DNA of 34,462 nucleotides, from the UHGV virus genome UHGV-1637875. One strand, 5' to 3'. Under the pieces are notes generated by a model, which searched no databases, was not told the DNA's origin, and was given only the letters and a program-made list of their open reading frames with translations. Numbering within the stretch: position 1 is the first letter of the stretch; each line of letters opens with the position of its first letter. A program made the position numbers and the translations under genes. This stretch comes from a virus. Shown piece after piece: positions 10,521-20,029 of the stretch.

Positions 10521-10836
10521 TATTCGTCCGGTCGATGAGACCGGTCTTTCAGAAAAAGAACTTTCAATTAAGAAAGAAAAGGATGAAATAGCAAAGCTTC
10601 TTGACCGCCAAGAAAATGGATTTATTATTGAAAAAATGGTAGAAGAGTTTGGAATGAGTTATCTCGAAGCTACAACAGCATTCTTAGAAGAAAATTCTAT
10701 TCCTGAAACTCAATTTGCTAAATTTATTCCTTCGGGTATAATTGAAAAAATTCAGTCAGAAGCTATTGACGAAAATCTTTTACGTCCTTCTGTTGTTCGT
10801 TGTGAAAAAACTAATACATTAGATTTTCTACTATGA
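10498..10836 (+). CDS. 33: Late-transcription accessory protein gp33
   Basis: 112 aa from the ATG at 10498 (MTQFSLNDIRPVDETGLSEKELSIKKEKDE...); overlaps the dsbA 3' end; ends in an ATGA overlap with gene 59. Confidence 0.85.
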   Translation: MTQFSLNDIRPVDETGLSEKELSIKKEKDEIAKLLDRQENGFIIEKMVEEFGMSYLEATTAFLEENSIPETQFAKFIPSGIIEKIQSEAIDENLLRPSVVRCEKTNTLDFLL

Positions 10837-11486
10837 TTAAACTCCGCATGCCTGCTGGTGGTGAAAGATACATTGATGGTAAATCAGTTTATAAATTATA
10901 CTTAATGATAAAACAACATATGAATGGAAAGTATGATGTTATTAAGTATAATTGGTGCATGCGGGTGTCTGATGCCGCTTATCAAAAGCGAAGGGATAAG
11001 TATTTTTTCCAGAAGTTATCAGAAAAATATAAATTAAAGGAACTTGCTTTAATCTTTATAAGCAATTTGGTTGCCAACCAAGATGCTTGGATTGGTGACA
11101 TCTCTGACGCTGATGCACTTGTGTTTTATCGTGAATATATCGGACGCTTAAAGCAAATTAAATTTAAGTTTGAAGAAGATATTCGCAACATTTATTATTT
11201 TAGTAAAAAAGTTGAAGTTTCTGCTTTTAAAGAAATCTTTGAGTATAATCCAAAAGTTCAATCAAGTTATATTTTTAAACTACTTCAATCAAATATAATT
11301 TCGTTTGAGACGTTTATCTTGCTTGATTCGTTTTTAAATATAATTGATAAACATGATGAACAGACTGATAATTTAGTCTGGAATAATTATTCTATAAAGT
11401 TAAAGGCTTATAGAAAAATTTTAAATATTGATTCACAGAAAGCTAAAAGTGTTTTCATTGAAACTGTGAAATCTTGTAAGTATTGA
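10833..11486 (+). CDS. 59: Helicase loader gp59
   Basis: 217 aa, the same length as T4 gp59; MIKLRMPAGGERYIDGKSVYKLYLMIKQHMNGKYD... Confidence 0.85.
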   Translation: MIKLRMPAGGERYIDGKSVYKLYLMIKQHMNGKYDVIKYNWCMRVSDAAYQKRRDKYFFQKLSEKYKLKELALIFISNLVANQDAWIGDISDADALVFYREYIGRLKQIKFKFEEDIRNIYYFSKKVEVSAFKEIFEYNPKVQSSYIFKLLQSNIISFETFILLDSFLNIIDKHDEQTDNLVWNNYSIKLKAYRKILNIDSQKAKSVFIETVKSCKY

Positions 11487-11487
11487 T

Positions 11488-12117
11488 ATGAATATAGTAT
11501 ATTGGTTTACATTTGAAGACCGTGTCAAAAATAAGACTCCGCCATACTACTATATCGGTAGTAAATTAAATTGCTCATTTGAGAACGGAATAATATATGA
11601 CTCTTCCAGAAAGGAATACTGGAGCTCATGTAAACAAAAAAGATTTTTGAATGCGCTAATGCTTCAAAAACCGAGCGTTAAAATAATTCAAATTGATGAT
11701 GACTTGGATGTTATTGAAGCAGAACGAAAATACCAACTTGAAGTAAATGCCAGAGATAATCCAGACTATTTTAATCTGGTATATGCTGGTGGTGGATTTG
11801 GTGTGAGTGGTGAAACTCATCCAGCCAAAGACCCGGAAGTTAGAGAGCATATGAGATTGGCTAATTATATGAACCGTGACGATTTTAGACCTTGGAAAAC
11901 ATCACGAGCTAATATAGAGTCTTGGAAATTATCTCATATTGCTTACGAGAATTATGTGTTATTATCCTCTAATCTGTACGGTAAAACTCCTGGATGGCGA
12001 AGAGTTAAAGGTAATATAAATATAACTGATACAACTGCTAAATCGATGGTAAAGTATTTCAACTCAGGTTGGATACCTCTCGAAGACCCAGAGTATTGCG
12101 AATTATGCCAGCTATGA
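11488..12117 (+). CDS. segG: Putative GIY-YIG-family homing endonuclease (SegG-like, between genes 59 and 32)
   Basis: 209-aa ORF with N-terminal IVYWFTF...YYYIGSK resembling a degenerate GIY...YIG module. It occupies the slot between genes 59 and 32 where T4 carries segG. Motif match is imperfect, so confidence is moderate. Confidence 0.5.
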   Translation: MNIVYWFTFEDRVKNKTPPYYYIGSKLNCSFENGIIYDSSRKEYWSSCKQKRFLNALMLQKPSVKIIQIDDDLDVIEAERKYQLEVNARDNPDYFNLVYAGGGFGVSGETHPAKDPEVREHMRLANYMNRDDFRPWKTSRANIESWKLSHIAYENYVLLSSNLYGKTPGWRRVKGNINITDTTAKSMVKYFNSGWIPLEDPEYCELCQL

Positions 12118-12166
12118 GGTAAAGTGTCATAGCACCAACTGTTAATTAAATTAAAAAGGAAATAAA
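12111..12166 (+). promoter_or_regulatory. Gene 32 translational operator (5' pseudoknot plus AU-rich unstructured leader)
   Basis: gctatga...tcatagc complementary stem (12111-12133) followed by ttaattaaattaaaaaggaaataaa ending at the gene 32 ATG; matches the known gp32 autoregulatory leader. Confidence 0.6.
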
Positions 12167-13072
12167 ATGTTTAAACGTAAATCTACTGCTGAACTTGCTG
12201 CACAAATGGCTAAACTGAATGGCAATAAAGGTTTTTCTTCTGAAGATAAAGGCGAGTGGAAACTGAAACTCGATAATGCGGGTAACGGTCAAGCAGTAAT
12301 TCGTTTTCTTCCGTCTAAAAATGATGAACAAGCACCATTCGCAATTCTTGTAAATCACGGTTTCAAGAAAAATGGTAAATGGTATATTGAAACATGTTCA
12401 TCTACCCACGGTGATTACGATTCTTGTCCAGTATGTCAATACATCAGTAAAAATGATCTGTACAACACTGACAATAAAGAGTACAGTCTTGTTAAACGTA
12501 AAACTTCTTACTGGGCTAATATTCTTGTTGTAAAAGACCCAGCTGCTCCAGAAAATGAAGGTAAAGTATTTAAATATCGTTTCGGTAAGAAAATCTGGGA
12601 TAAAATCAACGCGATGATTGCGGTTGATGTTGAAATGGGTGAAACTCCAGTTGATGTAACTTGTCCGTGGGAAGGTGCTAACTTTGTACTGAAAGTTAAA
12701 CAAGTTTCTGGTTTTAGTAACTACGACGAATCTAAATTCCTGAATCAATCTGCGATTCCAAACATTGATGATGAATCTTTCCAGAAAGAACTGTTCGAAC
12801 AAATGGTTGACCTTTCTGAAATGACTTCTAAAGATAAATTCAAATCGTTTGAAGAACTGAGCACTAAGTTCAGTCAAGTTATGGGAACTGCTGCTATGGG
12901 TGGTGCCGCAGCAACTGCCGCTAAGAAAGCTGATAAAGTTGCTGATGATTTGGATGCATTCAATGTTGATGACTTCAATACAAAAACTGAAGATGATTTT
13001 ATGAGCTCAAGCTCTGGCAGTTCATCTAGTGCTGATGACACGGACCTGGATGACCTTTTGAATGACCTTTAA
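12167..13072 (+). CDS. 32: Single-stranded DNA-binding protein gp32
   Basis: 301 aa, [49 protein letters not shown]..., acidic C-terminal tail ([22 protein letters not shown]); essentially T4 gp32. Confidence 0.95.
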
Positions 13073-13094
13073 TAGACTATATTACTAATTAATT

Positions 13095-13119
13095 GGGGAC
13101 CCTAGAGGTCCCCTTTTTT
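13095..13119 (+). terminator. Rho-independent terminator after gene 32
   Basis: ggggacc-ctaga-ggtcccc followed by tttttt. Confidence 0.8.
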
Positions 13120-13145
13120 ATTTCAAAAATTTTTTCACAAAACGG

Positions 13146-13174
13146 TTTACAACCAAAGCATACTGTGGTACTAT
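13146..13174 (+). promoter_or_regulatory. Early promoter
   Basis: gTTTACA, 17-bp spacer, TACTAT preceded by gtg; upstream of the 75-aa ORF. Confidence 0.5.
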
Positions 13175-13217
13175 ACAACTATCGGCAATACTGCTGATGA
13201 TTAAAGAGGAAAATAAT

Positions 13218-13445
13218 ATGGCTAAAATTGATATTGATGTTGTTGATTTTGAATATATTGAAGAAATTATTCGTAATCGTTATCCTGAACTTAGTATCAT
13301 AAGCGCACTAAATGATCCTAATTGTAATGTTTCAGTTGTTATTGAAGGTCCTTTAAATCGTCTTAAACAGTTTATGGTTAATGAATACTGCGACGGTATG
13401 GATGCTGAAGATATAGAATTTTACACAGGATTTATTGAACAGTAA
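13218..13445 (+). CDS. Small early hypothetical protein (frd-32 accessory region); paralog of the 13928-14143 ORF
   Basis: 75 aa from the ATG at 13218 with an AGAGGA ribosome-binding site; [26 protein letters not shown]...NEYCDGM.... Confidence 0.7.
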   Translation: MAKIDIDVVDFEYIEEIIRNRYPELSIISALNDPNCNVSVVIEGPLNRLKQFMVNEYCDGMDAEDIEFYTGFIEQ

Positions 13446-13451
13446 TTATCA

Positions 13452-13469
13452 AGGGGCTATCAAGCCCCT
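13452..13469 (+). promoter_or_regulatory. Intercistronic GC-rich hairpin
   Basis: aggggct-atca-agcccct, a perfect 7-bp stem with no U-run, between two small ORFs. Confidence 0.4.
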
Positions 13470-13489
13470 ATTAAAATGAGGAAAACGCA

Positions 13490-13870
13490 ATGTATACTGG
13501 TAAAAAGTATGAACTTATTCCAAGACTTATTGATACATTTATTAATTATAGCCCGTGTTCTAATTCATCAATAGTTAAAGCCATTCGAGATAATGGCGGA
13601 TGGTTTGAAGTTAAAGAAGTTTCCGTCGCTAATGGATATAAAGCAGTAAAACACATTGAATGCGCAAATGGAAAGCATTTTTACCTCAAAGATAGACTTT
13701 TAGAAATTTGCGAAGACGAATTTCATTGTTTTCGTGAGTATAAAGAACCGACTTCTGAAAAAGATGAAGTCAAAGACCCGGTTTCTGGCGTAACAAAAAT
13801 TCACTGCATTGTAGACGAAAACAATGTAGATGAAATCATTGAACTTTTGCGAAAAACTTTCAAAAAGTAG
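13490..13870 (+). CDS. Hypothetical early protein
   Basis: 126-aa ORF with GAGG 8 nt upstream of the ATG; cysteine-rich (several CxxC-like pairs), no family recognised. Confidence 0.65.
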   Translation: MYTGKKYELIPRLIDTFINYSPCSNSSIVKAIRDNGGWFEVKEVSVANGYKAVKHIECANGKHFYLKDRLLEICEDEFHCFREYKEPTSEKDEVKDPVSGVTKIHCIVDENNVDEIIELLRKTFKK

Positions 13871-13904
13871 TTTACAGAAGGGTAGTAGTGTGATACTATT
13901 ACCC
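13871..13904 (+). promoter_or_regulatory. Early promoter with -10 box nested in a stem-loop (PeSL-type)
   Basis: gTTTACA (13870-13876), 17-bp spacer, TACTAT (13894-13899); dyad gggtagtag (13880-13888) / ctattaccc (13896-13904). Confidence 0.6.
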
Positions 13905-13927
13905 TATCAATTACATGGGGAAAATAA

Positions 13928-14143
13928 ATGGCTAAGGTTAATATTGATATTGTTGATTTTGAATACACTTACGAAGTTATCCGCAATCGTTATCCTTCTT
14001 TGAGTATGGCTTACATTAAAGATACCCAATTCTTTAGTATTCAAATTGAAGTCCAAGGTCCTCTTGAAGACCTTATCAGTTTTATGACCAATGAGTATTG
14101 TGATGGCATGTATCCTGAAGATGCTAAATTTATATGGGCTTAA
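13928..14143 (+). CDS. Small early hypothetical protein; paralog of the 13218-13445 ORF
   Basis: 71 aa, [26 protein letters not shown]...NEYCDGM..., about half the residues shared with the 75-aa ORF. Confidence 0.7.
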   Translation: MAKVNIDIVDFEYTYEVIRNRYPSLSMAYIKDTQFFSIQIEVQGPLEDLISFMTNEYCDGMYPEDAKFIWA

Positions 14144-14157
14144 TTCAAAAATAAATG

Positions 14158-14190
14158 TTTACAACAGGCTATGGTAATGATACTATAGCC
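14158..14190 (+). promoter_or_regulatory. Early promoter with -10 box nested in a stem-loop (PeSL-type)
   Basis: gTTTACA (14157-14163), 17-bp spacer, TACTAT (14181-14186); dyad ggctatggta (14167-14176) / tactatagcc (14181-14190). Confidence 0.6.
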
Positions 14191-14212
14191 TTATCAACTT
14201 GAGGAGAATAAA

Positions 14213-14455
14213 ATGAGATTACAACGCCATAGCATCAAAGATTCGGAAGTTAGAGGTAAATGGTATTTTAATATCATCGGTAAAGATTCTGAACTTGTTG
14301 AAAAAGCTGAACATCTTTTACGTGACATGGGATGGGAAGATGAATGTGATGGATGTCCTCTTTATGAAGACGGAGAAAGCGCAGGATTCTGGATTTACCA
14401 TTCTGACGTCGAGCAGTTTAAAGCTGATTGGAAAATTGTGAAAAAGTCTGTTTAA
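14213..14455 (+). CDS. Hypothetical early protein
   Basis: 80-aa ORF with a GAGGAG ribosome-binding site. Confidence 0.65.
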   Translation: MRLQRHSIKDSEVRGKWYFNIIGKDSELVEKAEHLLRDMGWEDECDGCPLYEDGESAGFWIYHSDVEQFKADWKIVKKSV

Positions 14456-14465
14456 GGAAAATAAT

Positions 14466-15292
<827 letters not shown>

Positions 15293-15312
15293 AATAACGC
15301 GTGGCGGAAAAT

Positions 15313-15660
15313 ATGAACTTTAATTATTACCCTATTCTATTAGAAAAAGACGCGAAACAACCAAAATGGCAGGGTCCTCAGTTTATTAAAGGCGTCTATC
15401 AATTAGTAGTTCCTAAAGACAAGATTTATAGTAGTTGTTTCACTGAATCCGCTTGCAGTATTTTCGGTAATAGTTCTCCGTATTGGAATTTTGATATAAA
15501 ACTGGATAGAAATATCGATATTTGGTTGAAAGCCATGGATATTGGCAATATTACGTTTGATGAGAATAATTATCATATTATTGGTCGCTTTTCTAAACGC
15601 GGTAAAGAATTATATTTCACTCCTGAAATCGAAAGAAAATTTGATGCTAAACCGTATTGA
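15313..15660 (+). CDS. Hypothetical protein encoded by an insertion between frd and td
   Basis: 115-aa ORF from the ATG at 15313 (MNFNYYPILLEKDAKQPKWQGPQF...); no motif recognised; weak ribosome-binding site. T4 has no gene here because frd and td overlap. Confidence 0.55.
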   Translation: MNFNYYPILLEKDAKQPKWQGPQFIKGVYQLVVPKDKIYSSCFTESACSIFGNSSPYWNFDIKLDRNIDIWLKAMDIGNITFDENNYHIIGRFSKRGKELYFTPEIERKFDAKPY

Positions 15661-15705
15661 TTATTTAGCTTCATAAAATGTATTATAATTTATATAAGGT
15701 ACTAA

Positions 15706-16566
15706 ATGAAACAATACCAAGATTTAATTAAAGACATTTTTGAAAATGGCTATGAAACCGATGATCGAACAGGCACAGGAACAATTGCTTTGTTCGGTAC
15801 TAAATTACGCTGGGATTTAAGTAAAGGTTTTCCTGCAGTAACAACTAAAAAGCTCGCCTGGAAAGCTTGCATTGCTGAGCTACTTTGGTTTTTATCAGGA
15901 AGCACAAATGTCAATGATTTACGATTAATTCAGCATGATTCATTAATTCAAGGCAAAACAGTCTGGGATGAAAATTACGAAAATCAAGCAAAAGATTTAG
16001 GATACCACATCGGTGAACTTGGTCCAATTTATGGAAAACAATGGCGTGATTTTGGCGGTGTAGACCAAATTGTAGAAGTTATTGATCGTATTAAAAAACT
16101 GCCGAATGATAGGCGACAAATTGTTTCTGCGTGGAATCCAGCTGAACTTAAATATATGGCATTACCGCCTTGTCATATGTTCTATCAGTTTAATGTGCGT
16201 AATGGCTATTTGGATTTGCAGTGGTATCAACGATCAGTAGATGTTTTTCTTGGTCTTCCATTTAATATTGCATCATATGCTGCGTTAGTTCATATTGTAG
16301 CTAAGATGTGTAATCTTATTCCTGGAGATTTGATATTTTCTGGCGGTAATACTCATATCTATATGAATCACGTAGAACAATGTAAAGAAATTTTACGTCG
16401 TGAACCTAAAGAGCTTTGTGAACTGGTAATAGGCGGATTGCCTTATAAATTCCGTTATCTTTCTACTAAAGAACAATTGGAATACATTCTTAAACTCAGG
16501 CCTAAAGATTTCGTTCTCAAAGATTATCAGTCCCACGGTGTCTTGAAAGGAAAAATGGCGGTATAA
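15706..16566 (+). CDS. td: Thymidylate synthase, intronless
   Basis: 286 aa, MKQYQDLIKDIFENGYETDDRTGTGTIALFG...; uninterrupted ORF, so the group I intron and its endonuclease ORF seen in T4 td are absent. Confidence 0.95.
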   Translation: MKQYQDLIKDIFENGYETDDRTGTGTIALFGTKLRWDLSKGFPAVTTKKLAWKACIAELLWFLSGSTNVNDLRLIQHDSLIQGKTVWDENYENQAKDLGYHIGELGPIYGKQWRDFGGVDQIVEVIDRIKKLPNDRRQIVSAWNPAELKYMALPPCHMFYQFNVRNGYLDLQWYQRSVDVFLGLPFNIASYAALVHIVAKMCNLIPGDLIFSGGNTHIYMNHVEQCKEILRREPKELCELVIGGLPYKFRYLSTKEQLEYILKLRPKDFVLKDYQSHGVLKGKMAV

Positions 16567-16589
16567 TTTTAATTTAATTGCGAGGATAT

Positions 16590-16853
16590 ATGATTTTACG
16601 ATTTAAAGATACTTCTGGTGTCGTTCTTTTTACACTTCCTAATCCAAGCGAGTTAGAAGTTCCAGGACCAAATCAGCCTATTATCATTTATGGCAAAAAA
16701 TATTATACTCATAAAATGACTCGTGAGTATTTTGATAATAAAATTTCTACAGTTAAAACTTCTTCAGATTGTTACTATGATATTACTGTTTTAACGGAAA
16801 AACAATATGACGAATTATCACCGCGCGGGCCGTCTATGCCAGGTAGTGAATAA
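16590..16853 (+). CDS. Hypothetical protein (td-nrdA accessory region)
   Basis: 87 aa from the ATG at 16590 (GAGGA 3 nt upstream; the track start at 16578 is a TTG). Overlaps the next ORF by 47 nt in a different frame. Confidence 0.5.
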   Translation: MILRFKDTSGVVLFTLPNPSELEVPGPNQPIIIYGKKYYTHKMTREYFDNKISTVKTSSDCYYDITVLTEKQYDELSPRGPSMPGSE

Positions 16854-17133
16854 ATATAAATCCGACTTTGATGTTAATATTCACCGTGGTACATTTTGGG
16901 GAAATTACGTCGGTAAAGATGCTGGCAGCCGGGAGGCTGCCATTGAATTATTCAAAAAAGATTTTATACGTCGAATTAAATCCGGAGAAATAACTAAAGC
17001 ACATTTAGAGCCTTTACGTGGAATGAGGCTAGGATGCACATGTAAACCAAAGCCGTGTCATGGTGATATAATAGCTCATATAGTTAACCGATTGTTTAAA
17101 GACGATTTTCAAGTTGAGGACTTATGCAATTAA
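16807..17133 (+). CDS. Hypothetical protein, cysteine/histidine-containing ([11 protein letters not shown])
   Basis: 108-aa ORF; weak ribosome-binding site; 3' end overlaps the nrdA start. Confidence 0.5.
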   Translation: MTNYHRAGRLCQVVNKYKSDFDVNIHRGTFWGNYVGKDAGSREAAIELFKKDFIRRIKSGEITKAHLEPLRGMRLGCTCKPKPCHGDIIAHIVNRLFKDDFQVEDLCN

Positions 17134-19388
17134 TTAATGTTATCAAAAGTAGTGGTGTTTCTCAAAGCTTTGACCCGCAAAAAATTATTAAAGTTTTATC
17201 TTGGGCAGCTGAAGGAACATCTGTAGATCCTTATGAATTATATGAAAATATTAAATCATATCTCCGTGATGGAATGACCACTGATGACATTCAAACCATT
17301 GTAATTAAGGCTGCTGCGAATTCTATTTCAGTTGAAGAGCCTGATTATCAATATGTAGCTGCGCGCTGTTTAATGTTTGCTCTTCGTAAGCATGTTTATG
17401 GACAATATGAACCACGTTCATTTATTGACCATATTTCTTACTGCGTAAATGAAGGTAAATATGACCCTGAATTGTTGTCAAAATATTCAGCAGAAGAAAT
17501 TACATTTTTAGAATCAAAAATTAAGCACGAGCGGGATATGGAATTTACTTATTCCGGGGCGATGCAATTAAAAGAAAAATATCTAGTTAAAGATAAAACC
17601 ACCGGTCAAATTTATGAAACTCCACAGTTTGCATTTATGACTATTGGAATGGCATTGCATCAAGATGAACCTGTTGATAGATTAAAACATGTTATCCGTT
17701 TTTATGAAGCGGTATCTACTCGACAGATTTCATTACCAACTCCTATTATGGCTGGTTGCCGTACTCCAACTCGGCAGTTTAGTTCATGCGTTGTTATTGA
17801 GGCAGGTGATTCATTAAAGTCTATCAATAAGGCTTCCGCTTCAATTGTTGAATATATCTCTAAACGCGCTGGAATTGGTATTAACGTTGGTATGATTCGT
17901 GCTGAAGGTTCTAAGATTGGCATGGGTGAAGTACGCCATACTGGTGTTATTCCTTTTTGGAAACATTTTCAGACTGCTGTTAAATCATGCTCACAGGGTG
18001 GAATTCGTGGCGGCGCTGCTACTGCTTATTATCCTATTTGGCATTTGGAAGTTGAAAATCTTCTTGTTTTGAAAAATAACAAAGGCGTAGAAGAAAACCG
18101 CATTCGTCATATGGATTATGGTGTTCAACTGAATGATTTGATGATGGAACGTTTTGGAAAGAACGATTACATTACTTTGTTCAGTCCCCATGAAATGGGC
18201 GGAGAGCTTTATTATTCTTATTTTAAAGACCAAGACCGTTTCCGTGAATTATACGAAGCAGCAGAAAAAGACCCTAATATTCGTAAAAAGCGTATTAAAG
18301 CCCGTGAACTATTTGAATTGCTCATGACTGAACGCTCAGGAACAGCAAGGATTTATGTACAGTTCATTGATAATACGAATAACTATACTCCGTTTATTCG
18401 TGAAAAGGCACCTATTCGTCAGAGTAACTTGTGCTGTGAAATTGCTATTCCAACAAATGATGTGAATAGTCCTGATGCTGAAATTGGATTGTGTACTCTC
18501 TCTGCATTCGTACTGGATAATTTTGACTGGCAAGACCAAGATAAAATTAATGAATTGGCAGAAGTCCAGGTTCGTGCTCTTGATAATCTTTTGGATTACC
18601 AAGGATATCCAGTTCCTGAAGCAGAAAAAGCTAAAAAGCGTCGTAACCTCGGTGTAGGTGTTACTAACTATGCAGCTTGGTTGGCAAGTAACTTTGCTTC
18701 TTATGAAGATGCTAACGATTTAACACATGAACTATTTGAGAGATTACAGTATGGACTCATTAAAGCATCCATTAAACTCGCCAAAGAAAAAGGACCTTGT
18801 GAATATTATTCAGACACTCGTTGGTCTCGAGGCGAATTACCTATCGACTGGTACAATAAAAAGATTGACCAAATCGCAGCTCCAAAATACGTTTGTGACT
18901 GGTCGTCGCTGCGGGAAGACCTTAAGCTCTTTGGCATCCGTAATAGCACATTATCAGCACTTATGCCATGTGAGTCATCTTCCCAAGTTTCTAACAGTAC
19001 AAACGGTATCGAGCCTCCACGTGGACCAGTCTCTGTTAAAGAATCAAAAGAGGGCTCCTTTAATCAAGTCGTGCCCAATATTGAGCATAACATAGACCTC
19101 TATGATTATACATGGAAATTAGCTAAGAAAGGTAATAAACCTTATCTTACGCAGGTAGCTATTATGCTGAAATGGGTATGTCAATCAGCTTCAGCGAATA
19201 CATATTATGACCCACAGATTTTTCCAAAAGGAAAGGTTCCAATGTCAATAATGATTGATGATATGCTATACGGATGGTATTATGGCATTAAAAATTTCTA
19301 TTATCATAATACCCGCGATGGTTCTGGTACTGATGATTATGAAATAGAAACTCCAAAAGCTGAAGATTGCGCAGCGTGTAAATTGTAA
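17124..19388 (+). CDS. nrdA: Aerobic ribonucleotide reductase large subunit
   Basis: 754 aa, the same length as T4 NrdA; N-terminal ATP-cone and a conserved NLCCEI active-site region; GAGGA ribosome-binding site. Confidence 0.95.
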   Translation: MQLINVIKSSGVSQSFDPQKIIKVLSWAAEGTSVDPYELYENIKSYLRDGMTTDDIQTIVIKAAANSISVEEPDYQYVAARCLMFALRKHVYGQYEPRSFIDHISYCVNEGKYDPELLSKYSAEEITFLESKIKHERDMEFTYSGAMQLKEKYLVKDKTTGQIYETPQFAFMTIGMALHQDEPVDRLKHVIRFYEAVSTRQISLPTPIMAGCRTPTRQFSSCVVIEAGDSLKSINKASASIVEYISKRAGIGINVGMIRAEGSKIGMGEVRHTGVIPFWKHFQTAVKSCSQGGIRGGAATAYYPIWHLEVENLLVLKNNKGVEENRIRHMDYGVQLNDLMMERFGKNDYITLFSPHEMGGELYYSYFKDQDRFRELYEAAEKDPNIRKKRIKARELFELLMTERSGTARIYVQFIDNTNNYTPFIREKAPIRQSNLCCEIAIPTNDVNSPDAEIGLCTLSAFVLDNFDWQDQDKINELAEVQVRALDNLLDYQGYPVPEAEKAKKRRNLGVGVTNYAAWLASNFASYEDANDLTHELFERLQYGLIKASIKLAKEKGPCEYYSDTRWSRGELPIDWYNKKIDQIAAPKYVCDWSSLREDLKLFGIRNSTLSALMPCESSSQVSNSTNGIEPPRGPVSVKESKEGSFNQVVPNIEHNIDLYDYTWKLAKKGNKPYLTQVAIMLKWVCQSASANTYYDPQIFPKGKVPMSIMIDDMLYGWYYGIKNFYYHNTRDGSGTDDYEIETPKAEDCAACKL

Positions 19389-20029
19389 TGAATTATCAAA
19401 AAATCTATAATGACCTAATTTCCCGAGCTCAGGCTCGGGAACCTTTATCCGAATATAAAGAGACTCATCATATAATCCCTAGATGTATGGGAGGTTCTGA
19501 TGATAAAGAAAATTTAGTTGAATTAACAGGTAGAGAGCATTTTATAGCTCATTGGCTTTTATGCAAAATATATGACACCCCAGGATTAAAGAAAGCTTTT
19601 GGTTTAATGTGCTTGACTGGTAAAAATCGCTCATATAAAATTTCTTCTCAACTATACGAATTAGGTAGACGACGTTTATCTGAAGCTGCTGTAGGACGTG
19701 AAGTTTCTATAGAAACCAGGGAAAAGATAAGTAGAGCTCTTAAAGGAAGGAAATTTACCAAAGAGCATTTAGCTCGCATGAGAAAACCTAAAACCGAAGA
19801 AGCTAAAAAGAATATAGCTGCTGCTAAAGTCGGCGTGCTTAATCCGATGTATGGTACAATCTCTCCGACAAGAGATGTTCCTCATACTAAAGAAACTCGT
19901 GATTTGATTTCTTTGAGAACTAAGCAAAGTATAGAGTATCCGCCTTGTCCGCATTGTGGCAAGAAAGTTAATAAAGGCAATGCTCTAAGATGGCATTATG
20001 ATAAATGTAAATTTAAGGATTCTAAATGA
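19388..20029 (+). CDS. mobE: HNH-family homing endonuclease (MobE-like) inserted between nrdA and nrdB
   Basis: 213 aa; HNH motif HHIIPRCMGGSDDKENLVELTGREHFIAHW; C-terminal CPHCGK zinc-finger-like motif; start overlaps the nrdA stop (TAATG) and stop overlaps the nrdB start (ATGA). Confidence 0.65.
   Translation: MNYQKIYNDLISRAQAREPLSEYKETHHIIPRCMGGSDDKENLVELTGREHFIAHWLLCKIYDTPGLKKAFGLMCLTGKNRSYKISSQLYELGRRRLSEAAVGREVSIETREKISRALKGRKFTKEHLARMRKPKTEEAKKNIAAAKVGVLNPMYGTISPTRDVPHTKETRDLISLRTKQSIEYPPCPHCGKKVNKGNALRWHYDKCKFKDSK

Noticed and set aside
9472-12877. Minus-strand ORFs inside rnh (9472-9726, 9807-10055), the segG-like gene (11656-11850) and gene 32 (12146-12358, 12398-12877)
   Set aside because: Antisense to strongly supported genes, with no initiation signals and phenylalanine/isoleucine-rich translations typical of AT-rich antisense frames.
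15665-15689. MotA-box-like ttAGCTTcA plus TATAAT upstream of td
   Set aside because: The core is AGCTT rather than TGCTT and the spacing to the -10 is about 10 bp instead of 12-13; not convincing as a middle promoter.
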